This document shows positions 45,098 through 47,302 of a DNA stretch of 47,302 bases, in pieces. The stretch comes from an uncultured Candidatus Saccharibacteria bacterium (GTDB taxonomy: Bacteria; Patescibacteriota; WWE3; 2-01-FULL-39-13). The position numbers were made by a program, and so were the translations under genes. The stretch lies in contig CAZDNW010000044.1 of NCBI GenBank assembly GCA_964506905.1, positions 1-47,302 of the forward strand, read 5' to 3'. Under the pieces are notes generated by a model that was given only the letters and a program-made list of their open reading frames with translations, ran no database searches and was not told the DNA's origin. Every line of letters starts with the position of its first letter. Position 1 is the first letter of the stretch.

Positions 45098-46162
45098 TTA
45101 TTTTAGGTATTTATGCACATTTTGATTATGCTCTTCTAATGTTTCTGCATAATGAGTTACACCATTATTGTCTGTAATGTAAAACCAGTAAGGAGTCTCT
45201 TTATAATAAATTACCGATTTTAATGCATCTAAACTTGGATTACAAATTGGTGCTAGTGGCAACCCTTTGTTTAAATAAGTATTGTATGGGGAATTTATAG
45301 ATTTAGTATCACCCGCTTTTAATTTTGGCCACCAATCACCTTCTTTTCCTTTTGCATATTGAACTGTAGCATCCGCTTGTAATGGCCAACCATTTTGTAA
45401 TCTCTTAATTAGTATTCCCGCGACCACAGGCCGATCTTTTTTTATATTCATCTCTCGCTCAACAATTGAAGCTAAAATTACTACTTCGTCTTGTGTAAAT
45501 CCCTTTTTTATCGCATCTTCTTTCATTTGATTGGTAAATTTTTTATCAAAAGTATTTCTCATCCATGATGCAAGTTTATTTGCAGAATCAGTTTTCTCAA
45601 TTATATATGTATCAGGAAACATGTATCCTTCTTTTGTATACTTTGAATTTAAAAAATTTTGAGCAAAATCTTCTGTCATCTCATCTCTTAAATAATCTGC
45701 ATATTCTTCTATTCTCCAGCCTTCTATAAATGTAAGTTTTTGTTCAAAACTTCCTTTTTGAAATTCATCTATTAATTTAGCAAATGTTAAACCTTTAGTA
45801 GGAATTTTATAGTATCCTGCTTGAATTTGCTTGTCAGGATGCTGTTTCATATATGCGTACATAATATATTTTGTTGGGACTACACCTAAATCTTCTAACT
45901 TTTGAGCAATTTCTTTTGTTGAGGTTCCCTTATCTATCGTTAAAGTTAAATATTTATCATTTACCATTACAGGTCTTTCAGTTTCTGCTTTGTAATAAAA
46001 GTACGAAAGAATTCCCCCTAATACTAACAAAAGTAAAACAAATATAAACAAAATCACAAAAATTTTAGTTATTTTTTTAGATGCAGACTCCTTGTTATTC
46101 TCTTTGTTTTGGGCATTATCGTCTTGTTGTATATTGTTCTCTTGGCTATCTGAATTTGTCAT
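45098..46162 (-). CDS. mltG: Endolytic murein transglycosylase MltG (YceG-like)
   Basis: N-terminal TM helix, then ..LASIVEREM.., QADATVQYA, and SPYNTYLNKGLPLAPICNPS. Confidence 0.88.
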   Translation of the reverse strand: MTNSDSQENNIQQDDNAQNKENNKESASKKITKIFVILFIFVLLLLVLGGILSYFYYKAETERPVMVNDKYLTLTIDKGTSTKEIAQKLEDLGVVPTKYIMYAYMKQHPDKQIQAGYYKIPTKGLTFAKLIDEFQKGSFEQKLTFIEGWRIEEYADYLRDEMTEDFAQNFLNSKYTKEGYMFPDTYIIEKTDSANKLASWMRNTFDKKFTNQMKEDAIKKGFTQDEVVILASIVEREMNIKKDRPVVAGILIKRLQNGWPLQADATVQYAKGKEGDWWPKLKAGDTKSINSPYNTYLNKGLPLAPICNPSLDALKSVIYYKETPYWFYITDNNGVTHYAETLEEHNQNVHKYLK

Positions 46163-46180
46163 AGGTATAATACTAACAAA

Positions 46181-47032
46181 ATGAATGACCGCAATCTATA
46201 TTTTTTATTAAAAGATAAATATGGCTGGACACAAACCCAAATATCTGAATATTTAACAAGGGCTTGTGATAGTAATAGTTGCCAAACGATGTATCTAACA
46301 GATGAAGAAAAAGCTGATATAGAGTTACTAAACAAAGGTGTGCCTGTAGATTATTTAATAGGTTATGTGGAATTTTTAGGTTACCACATTGATTTATCGT
46401 ATAAACCGTTAATACCTAGAACAGAAACAGAATATTGGGTTGATTTAGCAATAAGAAAGATAAAAAACGAGTTAAAATCAAATTCAAAAAATAGAACTGG
46501 GTACAATTATAAAAAAGATATTAAAATACTTGATATGTTTTCTGGGTCTGGGTGTATAGGAATTGCTGTATATAAAAGATTGTATGAAGAAAATATTAAA
46601 AATTTAAAAATAATTTTTTCTGATATAGATAAAAATGCAATAAACCAAATTCGAAAAAATGCGAAAATAAATAAAATTTCAAAAAAAGATTACAAAATAA
46701 TAAAAAGTAACTTATTTGAAAACATAAACGAAAAGTTTGATTATATTTTTGCGAACCCTCCCTATGTATCAAAAAATGACGAAATAGATAAAAGCATTAA
46801 ATATGAACCTGAAATCGCTTTGTTTGCTAATGAAAATGGCTTAAGTGTTATTAAAAATTTTATAAAAAAAGTACCTAATTACTTAAAAACTAACGGATTC
46901 GTTTTTATGGAATTTGGATTAAATCAAGAAAAAGAAATTGAAAACCTATTAAAAAATGTGAACATAACTGAATTTGAATTCGTAAAGGATCAGTTTGGTA
47001 AAAATAGGTTGGTGATTTTTAGAAACAGTTAG
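46181..47032 (+). CDS. prmC: Release-factor glutamine N5-methyltransferase (PrmC/HemK)
   Basis: SAM motif ILDMFSGSGCIGIA, catalytic FANPPYVS, and YEPEIALF. Confidence 0.85.
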   Translation: MNDRNLYFLLKDKYGWTQTQISEYLTRACDSNSCQTMYLTDEEKADIELLNKGVPVDYLIGYVEFLGYHIDLSYKPLIPRTETEYWVDLAIRKIKNELKSNSKNRTGYNYKKDIKILDMFSGSGCIGIAVYKRLYEENIKNLKIIFSDIDKNAINQIRKNAKINKISKKDYKIIKSNLFENINEKFDYIFANPPYVSKNDEIDKSIKYEPEIALFANENGLSVIKNFIKKVPNYLKTNGFVFMEFGLNQEKEIENLLKNVNITEFEFVKDQFGKNRLVIFRNS

Positions 47033-47034
47033 AT

Positions 47035-47301
47035 TTATTTTTTTGCAATTGTTTTTAAGTATTCTAATATCAGCCTAACTCCAGACTTAGCACTATCGAC
47101 ATTTTCTGGTAAATCAGCTCCCGAAGCTAAATCGTGTCCTCCACCTCCAAAATGTTCTGCAATTTCACGAACATTAATAGAGTTTGGAATAGCTCTAAAT
47201 GAAACAGAATAACCCCCAGCAGGTTTTGGTCTTACCATAAATCCCCAATCAGCTCCATATATAGACTTTATTACATTCTTAAAACTATTTATACCTCCTA
47301 A
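47035..47301 (-). CDS. DHH/DHHA1-family phosphoesterase (NrnA-like), C-terminal part; continues beyond the window end
   Basis: The DHHA1 signature is FGGGGHDLASGA. Manual translation shows the frame stays open upstream of the track's Met to the window edge (..LGGINSFKNVIKSIYGADWGFMVRPK..). Confidence 0.7.
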   Translation of the reverse strand, partial: LGGINSFKNVIKSIYGADWGFMVRPKPAGGYSVSFRAIPNSINVREIAEHFGGGGHDLASGADLPENVDSAKSGVRLILEYLKTIAKK

Positions 47302-47302
47302 G

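Noticed and set aside
1-47302. Alternative genetic code (UGA recoding as in some candidate phyla)
   Set aside because: TGA terminates rpsQ and infA at their normal family lengths. All conserved proteins are full length under the standard code.

Overview
AT-rich, tightly packed bacterial window read with the standard code (TGA ends rpsQ at normal length). About 32 kb is one minus-strand transcription/translation supercluster: rpoB-rpoC-rpsL-rpsG, an insert, then fusA-tuf-rpsJ, the S10/spc/alpha ribosomal-protein operons, secY-ybaB-adk-map-infA-rpmJ-rpsM-rpsK-rpsD-rpoA-rplQ-rplM-rpsI. To the right lie mraY, murB, murA, secD/secF, a winged-helix regulator, a DUF3048 membrane protein, comM, mltG, prmC and a partial DHH phosphoesterase. 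To the left lie a lone tRNA-Pro(GGG), an aldo-keto reductase, an EEP-fold phosphoesterase and a partial MFS transporter. There is no room for rpmD (L30) between rpsE and rplO. That absence, the compact proteins and the Lys-rich tails fit a Patescibacteria/CPR-type genome; this is inference, not proof. The most unusual structure is a ~4-kb interruption of the str operon between rpsG and fusA, carrying radC, a YhaM-like OB-HD nuclease and an opposite-strand processive GT2 synthase. Its rpsG-proximal edge is a 3.8-copy 94/95-bp tandem array. Each unit repeats the last 8 codons plus the stop of rpsG and carries two hairpins, one with a variable loop. Secondary observations are an L3 about 50-60 residues short, a ybaB-like gene inside the secY-adk block, strong intercistronic hairpins, operator-like palindromes, and two head-to-head genes whose start codons abut. 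I saw no CRISPR array, cas gene, integrase, transposase or recognisable defence or toxin gene. The supplied ORF track omits rpmJ and the partial MFS gene; both were found by manual translation.
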